DNA from: Flavobacteriales bacterium
GTDB taxonomy: Bacteria > Bacteroidota > Bacteroidia > DT-38
Length of the DNA stretch: 64,000 nt
Direction: 5' to 3'
Assembly: GCA_013214205.1 (NCBI GenBank)
Contig: JABSPQ010000224.1
Coordinates: forward strand, 53,756 to 117,755
Within the stretch, counting starts at the first letter, position 1; each line of letters starts with the position of its first letter. Below are positions 39,315 to 49,403 of the stretch, in pieces. The position numbers were made by a program, and so were the translations under genes. Below the pieces are notes generated by a model. That model saw nothing but the letters and a program-made list of their open reading frames with translations, did not search any database and was not told where the DNA came from.

Positions 39315-40404
39315 TTATCTAGAACCAAACTCCATTAGATACGCCTTAATAAACCCATCTATTTCACCATCAAGAATTGCGTTTACATTAGAAGTCTCAT
39401 GAGCAGTTCTAACGTCTTTCACCATTTTATATGGGTGCAAAACATAGTTTCGAATCTGAGATCCCCATTCTATTTTCTTCTTATCACTCTCAATTTCTTC
39501 CCTTTCGTCTGCTTTTTTCCTCATTTCTAATTCATAAAGCTGAGATTTTAAGAGTTTAATCGCTTTCTCCTTGTTCTTCAATTGCGATCTCGTTTCAGAG
39601 TTTTCAATAACAATTCCCGTGGGTTTGTGCTTCAACCTAACTGCTGTTTCCACCTTGTTTACATTTTGACCACCTGCTCCGCCTGATCTAAATGTATCAA
39701 AGGAAACATCGCCCATATTAATTTCGATCTCAATATTGTCGTCTACAAGGGGGTAAACATACACGGAAGCAAAAGAAGTATGGCGTTTTTTAGCAGCATC
39801 AAACGGCGAAATTCTCACCAATCGGTGTACGCCATTCTCACCCTTCAGTTTTCCAAAGGCAAAATCGCCATCAAATTCTAATGTAACAGATTTAATTCCG
39901 GCAGTTTCGCCATCATTGTAGTCAAGTTCTTTGAGTTTATAGCCTTGCTTTTCGCCCCACATTATATACATCCGCATCAACATCGAAGCCCAATCCTGGC
40001 TTTCCGTTCCACCTGCACCCGGGTTTATCTGCACAATAGCACTAAGAACGTCCTCCTTACCACTTAACATGTTCTTGAACTCTAACTCTTCAATAAGATT
40101 AAAACCAAAGTCGTACTGCTTGTCTACGTCTTCATTTGATGCTTCACCTTCCGCATGAAATTCTAACAAGACGCCCAAGTCCTCTACCGCAGCATCGACT
40201 TTATCGAACGCGCTGGTCCACTCCTTTTTTCTATTGATTTGTTTTAACTTGATTTCTGCTTTCGCAGGATCGTCCCAAAAGGCTGGATCTAGGGTAACGA
40301 TCTCTTCTTCTTCTATCTCGGCCAGTTTCTGGTCGATGTCAAAGATACCTCCTTAACGCGTCCCTGCGTCTCGCTAACTCCTTGAAGTTATCTTGTGTAA
40401 TCAT
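39315..40404 (-). CDS. prfB: Peptide chain release factor 2, with a programmed +1 ribosomal frameshift
   Basis: Downstream frame has the GGQ motif ([11 protein letters not shown]) and SPF-type RF2 body; a 21-codon upstream frame ([21 protein letters not shown]) ends at AGGAGG-TAT-CTT-TGA-C, and the +1 frame continues [12 protein letters not shown]... into the body. Confidence 0.9.
40338..40353 (-). other. prfB +1 frameshift site: SD-like AGGAGG, then TAT CTT TGA C
   Basis: Matches the conserved RF2 autoregulatory frameshift cassette (internal SD, slippery CUU U, weak UGA-C stop). Confidence 0.85.
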
Positions 40405-40438
40405 ATTGTAAAGTTAATCGATTCTTCTAAAATTTATA

Positions 40439-40906
40439 CTATTTAGAATACCTTTTCATTTCTTTGTAGATAAGGTCTGACTCATATCCTTTCGATTGCA
40501 AATACCTTAACATTGACGCCTTATCTTTCACATCTATGTTTTTAAGATTTTTCCATCGTGCCTCAACCAATCTTGTTAAAGTATCCGCATAGTCATTCTC
40601 ATTAATTTCTTTCATGCCTTCTCTAACACAACGTTCTGAGATTTTTTTCTCGAATAACTTCTGCTTAATCTTTATCCTGCCCCACCTTTTCATTCTGAAC
40701 TTTCCTCCAGCATAAAGTTGAGCAAACCTCAATTCATTTAGGTAGTCGTCTACAATTAAACTTGATATGATGCCCTCTATATAATCTCGATGTACGCCTT
40801 TTTCGTATAGCATATTTCGGACTTCGCTCTGACAGCGTTCCTTATATGCACAATACTTTCGGGCCTTATTTAGAGCAGCCAATTCCAAATTATCTTGGGG
40901 GACCAT
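40439..40906 (-). CDS. recX: Regulatory protein RecX
   Basis: 155 aa helical-repeat protein with the ALRYLQSKGYESDL pattern of RecX. Confidence 0.7.
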   Translation of the reverse strand: MVPQDNLELAALNKARKYCAYKERCQSEVRNMLYEKGVHRDYIEGIISSLIVDDYLNELRFAQLYAGGKFRMKRWGRIKIKQKLFEKKISERCVREGMKEINENDYADTLTRLVEARWKNLKNIDVKDKASMLRYLQSKGYESDLIYKEMKRYSK

Positions 40907-40944
40907 CCTAACGACTATTAAAAATTAATTTGAGATTCTAAAAT

Positions 40945-42513
40945 TTAAAGTTTAATCTCGTTTCCATCACTAGCGAAAAAACGATATTCCACCATTTCAT
41001 AGAACTTAATGCCTTTAACTTTAATTCTCTTTCTGAAAGCCCACGACCATTTTTTCTCTTTAGAAATCATTCCTTTAGTAAGGTAGGCTTCTAAAAATGG
41101 ATGAACATGCATCGTTAAAGAAGAATGTTTTAATTCGTCGAAAATATATTTAATTTTCGTCTCAATGTCATCCATCATTAACAAATTAGACTGTACTTCT
41201 CCTGTTCCTTGGCAAGAAGGGCATTTATCCGATACTTTTATATCCATTTCTGGACGTACTCTTTGACGAGTTATCTGAATTAATCCAAATTTGCTCTGAG
41301 GCAATATTTTGTGCTTAGCACGATCATTAGCCATAGACTCTCTCATCTTGTCGTAAAGAGCTTTTCTATTCTGAGATTGCATCAAATCAATAAAATCGAC
41401 TACGATAATACCACCCATGTCGCGCAAATCTAATTGCCTTCCTATCTCTTCAGCTGCTTCAAGGTTAACCCTCAACGCATTTGTTTCCTGATCTGATCCC
41501 GCATCACTCCTGTACCCACTATTTACGTCGATAACATGTAATGCTTCTGTATGCTCAATTACCAAATAAGCACCCGATTTCATTGTTACTTCTTTTCCAA
41601 ACAACTGTTTTATCTGCTTATTAATTCCAAACTGCTCAAAAATCGGTTTATCACCTTTGTACAGTTTTACTATATTTTCCTTTTCAGGTGCAATTGATCT
41701 AATATACCCCTTAACATTCTCATAAAGTTCTTTTTTATCTATCTGAATAGACTGAAAAGAATCATTTAATGTATCTCTAAAAACCGCAGATGTCGTACTA
41801 ACTTCACCGAGAATTTTTTCAGGGATGGTTTTGGTAGTCAGATTATCGAAAGTAAGCTGCCATCTATCAACCAAATTTTTGATATCAGTGTCTAGTTCGG
41901 CTACCATTTTATCCTCGGCAACCGTTCTAATAATTACACCAAAATTCTTCGGTTTAATACTCTTAATCAATCTGATTAATCGCTCTCTTTCCTTACTGCT
42001 TTTAATTTGCTGAGAAATAGATACTCGCTCTGAGAACGGTACTAAAACAACAAACCTACCTGCATAAGTAATTTCAGAACTTACTCGGGGACCTTTAGTT
42101 GAAATAGGCTCTTTAACTACCTGTATAAGGATGGTATCGCCATTTTTCATTACTTCATCGATCTTACCTTTCTTATCGATGTCCTTATCGTTTTTAAAAT
42201 AGCCTAGCCCCGAAGAGTTTTGCTTTCCAGTACGAATTCGGTCAATAAATTTTTGAAGAGAACTGAATTGTGGTCCAAGGTCTTGATAATGAAGAAATGC
42301 ATCTTTCTCCGATCCTACTTGTATAAAGGCTGCGTTTAATCCAGGAACCACCTTTTTCACTTTCCCTAGGTATATATCACCCACAGAAAATTGGCTTCCC
42401 TTTCGATCCTTTAGCAGCTTCACTAGCCTATTCTCTTGGAGAATGGCTATCTCAGTCTCATCTGCGTTGGAATTAATAATTAATTCCTTCTTTGTATTAT
42501 TCAAAGTAATCAT
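40945..42513 (-). CDS. rng: Ribonuclease G (RNase E/G family)
   Basis: S1 domain N-terminus (GDIYLGKVKKVVPGLNAAFI) and RNase E/G catalytic core (VIDVNSG...GGIIVVDFIDL); 522 aa. Confidence 0.9.
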   Translation of the reverse strand: MITLNNTKKELIINSNADETEIAILQENRLVKLLKDRKGSQFSVGDIYLGKVKKVVPGLNAAFIQVGSEKDAFLHYQDLGPQFSSLQKFIDRIRTGKQNSSGLGYFKNDKDIDKKGKIDEVMKNGDTILIQVVKEPISTKGPRVSSEITYAGRFVVLVPFSERVSISQQIKSSKERERLIRLIKSIKPKNFGVIIRTVAEDKMVAELDTDIKNLVDRWQLTFDNLTTKTIPEKILGEVSTTSAVFRDTLNDSFQSIQIDKKELYENVKGYIRSIAPEKENIVKLYKGDKPIFEQFGINKQIKQLFGKEVTMKSGAYLVIEHTEALHVIDVNSGYRSDAGSDQETNALRVNLEAAEEIGRQLDLRDMGGIIVVDFIDLMQSQNRKALYDKMRESMANDRAKHKILPQSKFGLIQITRQRVRPEMDIKVSDKCPSCQGTGEVQSNLLMMDDIETKIKYIFDELKHSSLTMHVHPFLEAYLTKGMISKEKKWSWAFRKRIKVKGIKFYEMVEYRFFASDGNEIKL

Positions 42514-42640
42514 TTACAGCCCAGTAACTTTACATATAGTAAAACAGCTGTATTATTCAAAGAAGACGATATTGGCTCAATTTTGTATTGAACCAATATA
42601 CTTTTTTATAACGAAGTTTATCTATGATCTCAAGATTCAA

Positions 42641-42730
42641 CTATTTCTTCTTATGTCTGTTCTTTCTAAGGCGTTTTTTTCTTTTGTGAGTCGCCATCTT
42701 ATGTCTTTTTCTTTTCTTACCACTGGGCAT
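42641..42730 (-). CDS. Tiny, highly basic 29-aa ORF immediately upstream of rng (MPSGKKRKRHKMATHKRKKRLRKNRHKKK); possibly a ribosome- or RNA-associated peptide
   Basis: Clean ATG-to-stop frame on the same strand as rng; 20 of 29 residues are K/R/H; absent from the ORF track; function unknown. Confidence 0.35.
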   Translation of the reverse strand: MPSGKKRKRHKMATHKRKKRLRKNRHKKK

Positions 42731-43216
42731 GGTTAATATTTTTTTTTGTTTCTTAATTTCTTATAATTCACTAACGGTTATTCCGCTTTCCTGGGAAAAC
42801 CGTTTCGATAATTCCTGTCAAATTATCTATTCTTTAATTCTACTTCTGTGAGGGATGTACATCGAGTACTTCTTTCACCTCCTTTTGTTCGAACCAAAGC
42901 TTAAAATCTTCTCAATCGACTTAAAACACTTGTGAAAAGTTTTTCGTCAATTGTAGAAAGAGGCGCAAATTTAGTAAAACCCTGCATCTTTCGGGCTTTT
43001 CTTTTGCGCCTTTTCTAATTTTGTTATTCTATCTCGAATATTCCAAACTGGCCACCTACTCTAAACATCAGTACCATGGCTTGATTGAGTCTTTTTTGAG
43101 ACATCAATTAGCCTTCCACTTTTATTCATATTAGCACTAAAAAAAACTAAGCACACCAATATCGTGACGCTTACAAGTGCTAAAACAAGCCCTTTTGAAA
43201 ATGTATTTTTCAAGAT

Positions 43217-43507
43217 TTATGAAACTTTAACATTTTCTTTAATCTTCTCAGAAAATGTTTTTGCTGGTTTAAAATATGGGATAAAATGTGCTGGAATAAT
43301 TATTGTTGTATTCTTAGAAATATTTCTTCCTGTTTTCTCCGCTCTCTTCTTTACTGTAAAACTTCCAAATCCTCTTAAGTAAACATTGTTTCCTGACTCT
43401 AATGTAGTTTTTATAGATGTCATAAACGCCTCAATAGTAGTCTGTACAGCCGCTTTCTCAACTCCTGTTTTACCTGCTATTTGTGCAACAATTTCTGCTT
43501 TTGTCAT
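43217..43507 (-). CDS. HU family DNA-binding protein (paralog 1)
   Basis: 96 aa; GFGSFTVKKRAEKTGRNISKNTTIIIP arm motif. Confidence 0.9.
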   Translation of the reverse strand: MTKAEIVAQIAGKTGVEKAAVQTTIEAFMTSIKTTLESGNNVYLRGFGSFTVKKRAEKTGRNISKNTTIIIPAHFIPYFKPAKTFSEKIKENVKVS

Positions 43508-43694
43508 AATAATTCTCTCTTATATTATAGCTTAATAGTAATCTAACTCGCTTATTTATTGTATTTACAGGAAATAATAAATGCCTGTATTCTGATTGGC
43601 GGCAAAGATATATTATAATCTCTAAAAGCAAAAAATTATGTATTAATTTTAATCAATAAGGAAAGATTAACACTTATCAATACGATTCTTAACC

Positions 43695-44765
43695 ATGGAT
43701 TTTTCAAAAAAACTAATAAAATGGTACGGAGAAAATCAACGAGATCTACCTTGGCGAAAAACAACAAATCCGTACTTTATTTGGCTCTCAGAAATCATCT
43801 TGCAACAAACTAGAGTTGCGCAAGGATTGGATTATTACTTAAAGTTTGTGGAACTGTTTCCTACCGTACAAGATTTAGCAAATGCCAAAGAGGAAACCGT
43901 GATAAAAACCTGGCAGGGACTAGGTTATTACTCAAGAGCCAGAAATTTACACGCCACTGCTAAAATAATTTGCGATGATTATAATGGGGAATTTCCTGCA
44001 GAATATAACGAACTTATCAAACTAAAAGGCGTGGGAGATTACACCGCTTCCGCAATTTCTTCGTTCGCATTTAAAAAACCTTATGCGGTGCTAGATGGGA
44101 ACGTTTACAGGGTTTTATCGAGAATATTTGACATCGACCTACCCATTGATAGTAATTCAGGAAAAAAATACTTTAGAGAACTAGCTCAGGAGCTTATTAA
44201 TGTTAAAAAACCCGATTTTCACAATCAAGCGATCATGGAATTCGGAGCTTTATGCTGTTTACCAAAAAAACCACACTGTGAAGATTGCGTTTTGCACGAC
44301 AGCTGCTTGGCTTTAAAAAACGATACGGTTTCGATCCTTCCTATTAAGGAAAAGAAAATCAAAAAACGCACCAGGTATTTCAACTATTTGGTTGTTTCTA
44401 ATCACACAGATTTAATCATTCATAAAAGAACCGAAAAGGACATATGGGAAAACCTCTTCGACTTTCCTTTAATTGAAACGGAAGATTTAAATGATGAACA
44501 AACCATTATTGGCAGTGAACAATGGAAACACTTTTTTAATGATCATCAAGTGACCATCAAAAACATTTCGAACGAATTCAAACATGTACTAACGCATCAA
44601 ACGTTAAAAGTTAAGTTCTGGGAAATCGAATTGAGCTCTCTCGCTCTTTTCCAAATCTCAAATCAGTATAAAATTATCAAGAAGATTGATTTCCAAGAAC
44701 TTCCAGTTCCAAAGCTTATTGAAAACTATCTTACTTTGAGCACATTATCTTTTGCGAAACCCTAG
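43695..44765 (+). CDS. mutY: A/G-specific adenine DNA glycosylase
   Basis: N-terminal WYGENQRDLPWRKTTNPYFIWLSEIILQQT, HhH-GPD, 4Fe-4S Cys cluster (CLPKKPHCEDCVLHDSC) and a C-terminal NUDIX-like domain. Confidence 0.9.
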   Translation: MDFSKKLIKWYGENQRDLPWRKTTNPYFIWLSEIILQQTRVAQGLDYYLKFVELFPTVQDLANAKEETVIKTWQGLGYYSRARNLHATAKIICDDYNGEFPAEYNELIKLKGVGDYTASAISSFAFKKPYAVLDGNVYRVLSRIFDIDLPIDSNSGKKYFRELAQELINVKKPDFHNQAIMEFGALCCLPKKPHCEDCVLHDSCLALKNDTVSILPIKEKKIKKRTRYFNYLVVSNHTDLIIHKRTEKDIWENLFDFPLIETEDLNDEQTIIGSEQWKHFFNDHQVTIKNISNEFKHVLTHQTLKVKFWEIELSSLALFQISNQYKIIKKIDFQELPVPKLIENYLTLSTLSFAKP

Positions 44766-44774
44766 GTAAATTCA

Positions 44775-44782
44775 TAACTTTG
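44775..44782 (+). promoter_or_regulatory. Bacteroidota promoter for ssb: -7 box TAACTTTG, with -33 TTG at 44753..44755
   Basis: Perfect TAnnTTTG with a TTG 19 nt upstream; ATG 26 nt downstream. Confidence 0.45.
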
Positions 44783-44807
44783 AACTAAATAATAGAATTA
44801 ACAAAAC

Positions 44808-45272
44808 ATGGCAGGGGTAAATAAAGTAATATTAGTTGGCAATTTGGGTAAAGACCCAGAAACGAGATATTTGGAAAGCGGAGTAGCTGTTACTAATTTC
44901 TCGATCGCAACAACTGAATCTTATAAAGACAAATCGGGTAATAGAGTTGACCAAACAGAATGGCACAATATAGTACTTTGGAGAGGTTTGGCAGAGGTGG
45001 CAGAAAAGTTCCTCAAAAAAGGCTCTCAAGTTTATGTTGAAGGCAAACTCAGAACAAGATCTTGGGACGACAAAGATGGAAACAAGAGATATACTACAGA
45101 AATTGTAGGGGATAACATGACGATGCTAGGTGGCAAAAGAGATGGGGAAAACCCTGTAGCTCAATCCGCTCAGCCTTCAGTTGCCACAACACCTGCACCA
45201 GTAACTACGCCCGCACCAGCTACTGAGCCACCAGCTGCCGTATTGGATGAAAGCGACGATTTGCCGTTTTAA
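44808..45272 (+). CDS. ssb: Single-stranded DNA-binding protein
   Basis: OB-fold N-terminus ([14 protein letters not shown]...TEWHNIVLW), Pro/Ala-rich linker and acidic DDLPF tail. Confidence 0.9.
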   Translation: MAGVNKVILVGNLGKDPETRYLESGVAVTNFSIATTESYKDKSGNRVDQTEWHNIVLWRGLAEVAEKFLKKGSQVYVEGKLRTRSWDDKDGNKRYTTEIVGDNMTMLGGKRDGENPVAQSAQPSVATTPAPVTTPAPATEPPAAVLDESDDLPF

Positions 45273-45327
45273 ACTATACTTTTGAATAAACACTTATTTC
45301 TAAAAACTTTTGCGATCCAATATAGCT

Positions 45328-46617
45328 ATGCTTATTAGCCTCTTATTGATCATTATTTTGTTAGCATGCTCAGCCTTGGTTTCAAGTGCTGAAGTGGCCT
45401 ACTTCTCATTGTCGACTACAGATATGCAAGAGTTGGAAAACAATAAAGGCAGAACATCTAAACTAGCACTACAACTGCTCGAATTGCCCAAAAAGTTATT
45501 GGCGACAATATTAATTGCCAACAACTTTGTGAATGTAAGTATCATTATTCTGTCAACTTTTTTAACGAAAAATCTTATTGATGCAGAAGCATATCCTTTT
45601 TTGTTTGGGTTTGTTGAATTAGTTGTAGTTACCTTTTTGCTATTATTAATTGGCGAGGTAATCCCGAAGGTATATGCCACCAAGTATGCGCTAAAAACAA
45701 CAACTTTAATGGCGTATCCTCTTAAAACTCTTCGGGGAGTATTTTCACCTCTCAGCTCTTTATTGATTTCATCAACTAGTTTTATTGATAAACGAATCAA
45801 AAAGAAAAACACTGGCATTTCTGCCGACGACCTTTCGAATGCACTCGAACTTACTGCTGCAGATGCAACTTTAAACGACGAGCAAAAGCTTCTTAAAGGT
45901 GTTGTAAAATTTGGTCGCACGAGTGTAAGGCAAGTAATGACACCTCGAACGAATGTCAAAGCATTTGCAGACAATTTAGGATTTAAAGAAATTCTGGAGA
46001 AAGCAACTAGCTTAGGCTTTTCTAGGATACCTATATATAAGGAATCGCTGGACCACGTGCATGGTGTTCTATATCTAAAGGACTTACTCCCTTATCTAGA
46101 TCAGCAAAACGATTTTAAATGGTTAACGCTTCTTCGCAAACCATTTTTTGTTCCAGAAAACAAAATGATCAACTCTCTACTTCAAGAATTTCAGGAGAAA
46201 AAAATCCACCTTGCCGTGGTGGTCGACGAATATGGAGGAACATCGGGAGTAGTTTCATTAGAAGATGTTATTGAAGAAATTGTTGGAGAAATAATTGATG
46301 AAAACGACGACGACGAAATCATTTATTCTAAACTCGATGATCAGAATTTTATATTTGAAGGCAAAACTGCTTTAAACGATATTTATAGAATTCTTGATAT
46401 TGACGACGAAGAGTTCGAGAAGTCCAAAGGTGAATCGGATAGCATAGCAGGTTTCATTATCGAATTGCACGGAAAAATTCCAAAGAAAAACGAACGAATC
46501 AACTTTAACGATTACACTTTTACAATTGAATCGGCCGACAAAAAACGAATCAATAGAATTAAAGTGACTATTAAGAAGACTAGTAATAACAATCCTGAGT
46601 TATCTAAATCCAAATGA
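45328..46617 (+). CDS. gldE: Gliding motility-associated membrane protein GldE (CNNM/CorC/HlyC family: DUF21, CBS pair, CorC_HlyC)
   Basis: DUF21 TM region, then CBS domains and a C-terminal transporter-associated domain; conserved synteny mutY-ssb-gldE-gldD as in Flavobacterium johnsoniae; start taken at ATG 45328. Confidence 0.75.
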   Translation: MLISLLLIIILLACSALVSSAEVAYFSLSTTDMQELENNKGRTSKLALQLLELPKKLLATILIANNFVNVSIIILSTFLTKNLIDAEAYPFLFGFVELVVVTFLLLLIGEVIPKVYATKYALKTTTLMAYPLKTLRGVFSPLSSLLISSTSFIDKRIKKKNTGISADDLSNALELTAADATLNDEQKLLKGVVKFGRTSVRQVMTPRTNVKAFADNLGFKEILEKATSLGFSRIPIYKESLDHVHGVLYLKDLLPYLDQQNDFKWLTLLRKPFFVPENKMINSLLQEFQEKKIHLAVVVDEYGGTSGVVSLEDVIEEIVGEIIDENDDDEIIYSKLDDQNFIFEGKTALNDIYRILDIDDEEFEKSKGESDSIAGFIIELHGKIPKKNERINFNDYTFTIESADKKRINRIKVTIKKTSNNNPELSKSK

Positions 46618-47183
46618 TTCGAAAAATTTTAATTCCCATATTAATATTAGCAAGCCTTTGGGGGTGTTCGGAAGATTACAATCCAAAACCTAGAGGATAT
46701 TACAGAATTGATTTGCCTGAAAAAGCATATAAACCATTCGAACAAGATTGCCCTTATACTTTTGAGTACCCTGTTTATGCTAGCATAGAGAAATACAAAA
46801 GAAATGATTCGGTAGAATGCTGGAACAATGTTGTGTATCATCGCTTTGGTGCTCAACTATACATGAGTTATTTTAAGCTTGACGGGAATTTGAATAGGCA
46901 CATTGAAGATTCGAGATCGCTTACTTACACCCATACAGTTAAAGCAGATGGAATTAATGAAGTTGTATACAACAACTCCGACAAAAAAGCATATGGTCTT
47001 TATTACAAGTTAAAAGGAGATGCCGCTTCACAGATTCAATTCTATTTAACAGATAGCGTCAATCATTTCTTAAGAGGCGGCTTGTATTTTAATACTGCTC
47101 CAAACAGCGATTCTTTAGCACCTGTTTTAGATTTTATTGCAGAGGACATCACACATATGATAGAAACTCTTGAGTGGAGGTAG
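46614..47183 (+). CDS. gldD: Gliding motility lipoprotein GldD
   Basis: 189-aa lipoprotein (lipobox LWGC) immediately downstream of gldE, overlapping it by 4 nt (ATGA); size and position match GldD. Confidence 0.65.
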   Translation: MIRKILIPILILASLWGCSEDYNPKPRGYYRIDLPEKAYKPFEQDCPYTFEYPVYASIEKYKRNDSVECWNNVVYHRFGAQLYMSYFKLDGNLNRHIEDSRSLTYTHTVKADGINEVVYNNSDKKAYGLYYKLKGDAASQIQFYLTDSVNHFLRGGLYFNTAPNSDSLAPVLDFIAEDITHMIETLEWR

Positions 47184-47185
47184 GC

Positions 47186-48202
47186 TTATTTTGCGGTTCG
47201 GTGAACCAATAATATTACAGAAGAAAAAAGCAATACGGCCCCAACTTGGTGAATTACACCCAAATTTCGTTCGGCACCACTTAACAAGGTAATCACCCCT
47301 AAAGTAAATTGAGCAATCAAAATAAATGAGACCCCATTAAAAATTTTATTCTGAAACGGATTCATATTAAAGGACTTTCTTTTGATCCATATATAACCCA
47401 CAAAAAACACAATTGCCCAAGCCAAATATCTATGTATAAATTGCACACCTGCAATTCCAGAAATAAAATTCAATAAAAAAGGCTCCATTGCAGTTACCCC
47501 TTCTGCAATCCATTCGTTATCCATTTTAGGAAAAGTAGTGTAGAATTTTCCTGCATTCAACCCAGCTACAAAAGCCCCATAAACAGCCTGGCATATTATC
47601 AAGAGTAAAAGCGCAATTGAGATCTTTCGGAAACTGGTATTAGATTCAACTTCCAAATCTTCAAACTGCCGATCGAATGCCAACCAAAGGCTGTAGCCAA
47701 CTATGCCAAATGCCATTATTAAATGAGATGCCAACCTAAAATGGCTCACATCTGGCTCTCCTGTCAATCCACTCGACACCATGTACCACCCTAAAAAAGC
47801 CTGGCACCCACCTAAGCAAAATAAAACGAGTAGCTTTTTTATCTCATCTCTTTTTAGCCACTTCTTATATAAGAAGAAAAGAAAAGGGAAAAGGAAAATC
47901 ATACTAAGCAGCCGGCCTAGCATTCGGTGTAAGTACTCCCAAAAGAAAATTGATTTAAAATCGGACAATACAAAATGAGAATGAACCCCTTTAAACTCAG
48001 GAAACTGCTTGTATATTTCAAACTTTTCGATCCAAGCAGATTCTGTTAACGGAGGAATGGAACCAATAATCAATTTCCAATCAACCATAGACAAACCAGA
48101 ATGTGTTACTCTAGTAATTCCGCCAACAATCAGAATCAACACAGTAAATGCTGCTCCGAAGTAAAGCCAATTCCTAATTATTTTATTTGGGTTGATGTTC
48201 AT
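47186..48202 (-). CDS. COX15/CtaA family heme A synthase
   Basis: Eight TM segments with conserved His residues (TRVTHSGLSMVDW, FFWEYLHRMLG). Confidence 0.8.
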   Translation of the reverse strand: MNINPNKIIRNWLYFGAAFTVLILIVGGITRVTHSGLSMVDWKLIIGSIPPLTESAWIEKFEIYKQFPEFKGVHSHFVLSDFKSIFFWEYLHRMLGRLLSMIFLFPFLFFLYKKWLKRDEIKKLLVLFCLGGCQAFLGWYMVSSGLTGEPDVSHFRLASHLIMAFGIVGYSLWLAFDRQFEDLEVESNTSFRKISIALLLLIICQAVYGAFVAGLNAGKFYTTFPKMDNEWIAEGVTAMEPFLLNFISGIAGVQFIHRYLAWAIVFFVGYIWIKRKSFNMNPFQNKIFNGVSFILIAQFTLGVITLLSGAERNLGVIHQVGAVLLFSSVILLVHRTAK

Positions 48203-48383
48203 GAAAATTTAGTTGCACAAAATTAACAAATACCAACCGACCGAACTCGAACCGATTAAAGAATCAGTTCGTATATGTCTCAAATGGCTTACTAAGAAGG
48301 TATATAAAAAATAAAAGAAACCTCAATTGCCCTCAAAAGTGGAGTATTAAGCAGTAAAATGAGTAATTTAATAGCGTAATACG

Positions 48384-49403
48384 GTGGTAGAAGAAAAGAA
48401 CATAGAAGTGATTCAATTAGCATTTGATCATTGCCCTATTGGTGCATGCATCTATGATGCTGATTCTGATTTGATCTACGTAAACGAGGCATTTTTAAAA
48501 CTTACGAAAACAGAATTACGCAACGTCGAAAAAGATAAATATAAAACTCTCGTTCACCCTAACGACAGAGAAAATGTTGATAGACGGTGGAAAGCGGCTA
48601 AAGAAACCAGCCCTTTTCATTTCGATATGACCTACAGATTATCATTATCAGACGAAAGTGCACTTTGGGTTAATGTAAAATCGAACATATTATACCAAAA
48701 TGGCGTAATAATCGGATATCTAGATATGTTTCAAGATCAGACCGAAGAAAAAAACTACGAGGAAAGAATTATTACTGAGATCATGGAATCAGAAGATTTG
48801 GAAAGGAGAAGATTTGCCAACGAACTCCACGACGGACTTGGCCAAAACCTTACCGCCGCTTTTCTAAATCTTGAAACGATTAGAGAAACCATGAATGGGT
48901 TAGATAAGGATACCAGGGACAAATTTAATAAGGGTGTCTCTTTTATTAATGAAGCAATTACTGAAACGAGAAGTATTGCTCATAACATTATGCCTAAGGC
49001 CATAGACGACTTCGGTTTTGTAATTACCGTAGAAGGAATGATTGAAGGCTTACGAGAAGTGACTGATATAGAATTCACATTTTATCATAATTTAGAAGAC
49101 AATAGAATCAATTCTACTGTTGAGTTTAATCTATACCGCATTACTCAAGAAGCATTAAATAATGTATTAAAGCACTCCAAGGCAAAACTAGCCACGATTC
49201 AATTGCTGAATTACAAGGACCACGTAATTCTAACAATCGAAGATGATGGCAGAGGATTTAACCTAAACGAACTTGGTCAGAATTTAACTGACTTCGGAAT
49301 TAGCAGTATGCGAAATAGAGCAAATTCAATTTCGGCAAGCATGAACATCGACAGTCATATAAATAAAGGAACTACAATTACAATTGAAGCGCCATTGGAA
49401 TGA
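48384..49403 (+). CDS. Sensor histidine kinase (PAS plus HisKA_3 plus HATPase), cytoplasmic
   Basis: PAS-like N-terminus; H-box ELHDGLGQNLTAA typical of the NarX/DegS-type HisKA_3; HATPase N-box and G-boxes near the C-terminus. Confidence 0.8.
   Translation: MVEEKNIEVIQLAFDHCPIGACIYDADSDLIYVNEAFLKLTKTELRNVEKDKYKTLVHPNDRENVDRRWKAAKETSPFHFDMTYRLSLSDESALWVNVKSNILYQNGVIIGYLDMFQDQTEEKNYEERIITEIMESEDLERRRFANELHDGLGQNLTAAFLNLETIRETMNGLDKDTRDKFNKGVSFINEAITETRSIAHNIMPKAIDDFGFVITVEGMIEGLREVTDIEFTFYHNLEDNRINSTVEFNLYRITQEALNNVLKHSKAKLATIQLLNYKDHVILTIEDDGRGFNLNELGQNLTDFGISSMRNRANSISASMNIDSHINKGTTITIEAPLE

Noticed and set aside
42443-42736. 97-aa plus-strand ORF across the rng start region
   Set aside because: It overlaps the N-terminus of RNase G antisense and has no recognisable features. 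The minus-strand 29-aa poly-basic ORF in the same place is a more plausible coding reading.
42737-43216. tmRNA, RNase P or SRP RNA in the long non-coding stretches (also 15248..15490 and 38513..38960)
   Set aside because: I could not find the tRNA-like CCA/T-loop ends, the RNase P P4 consensus or the SRP domain IV motif by eye. These are left as unassigned non-coding regions.
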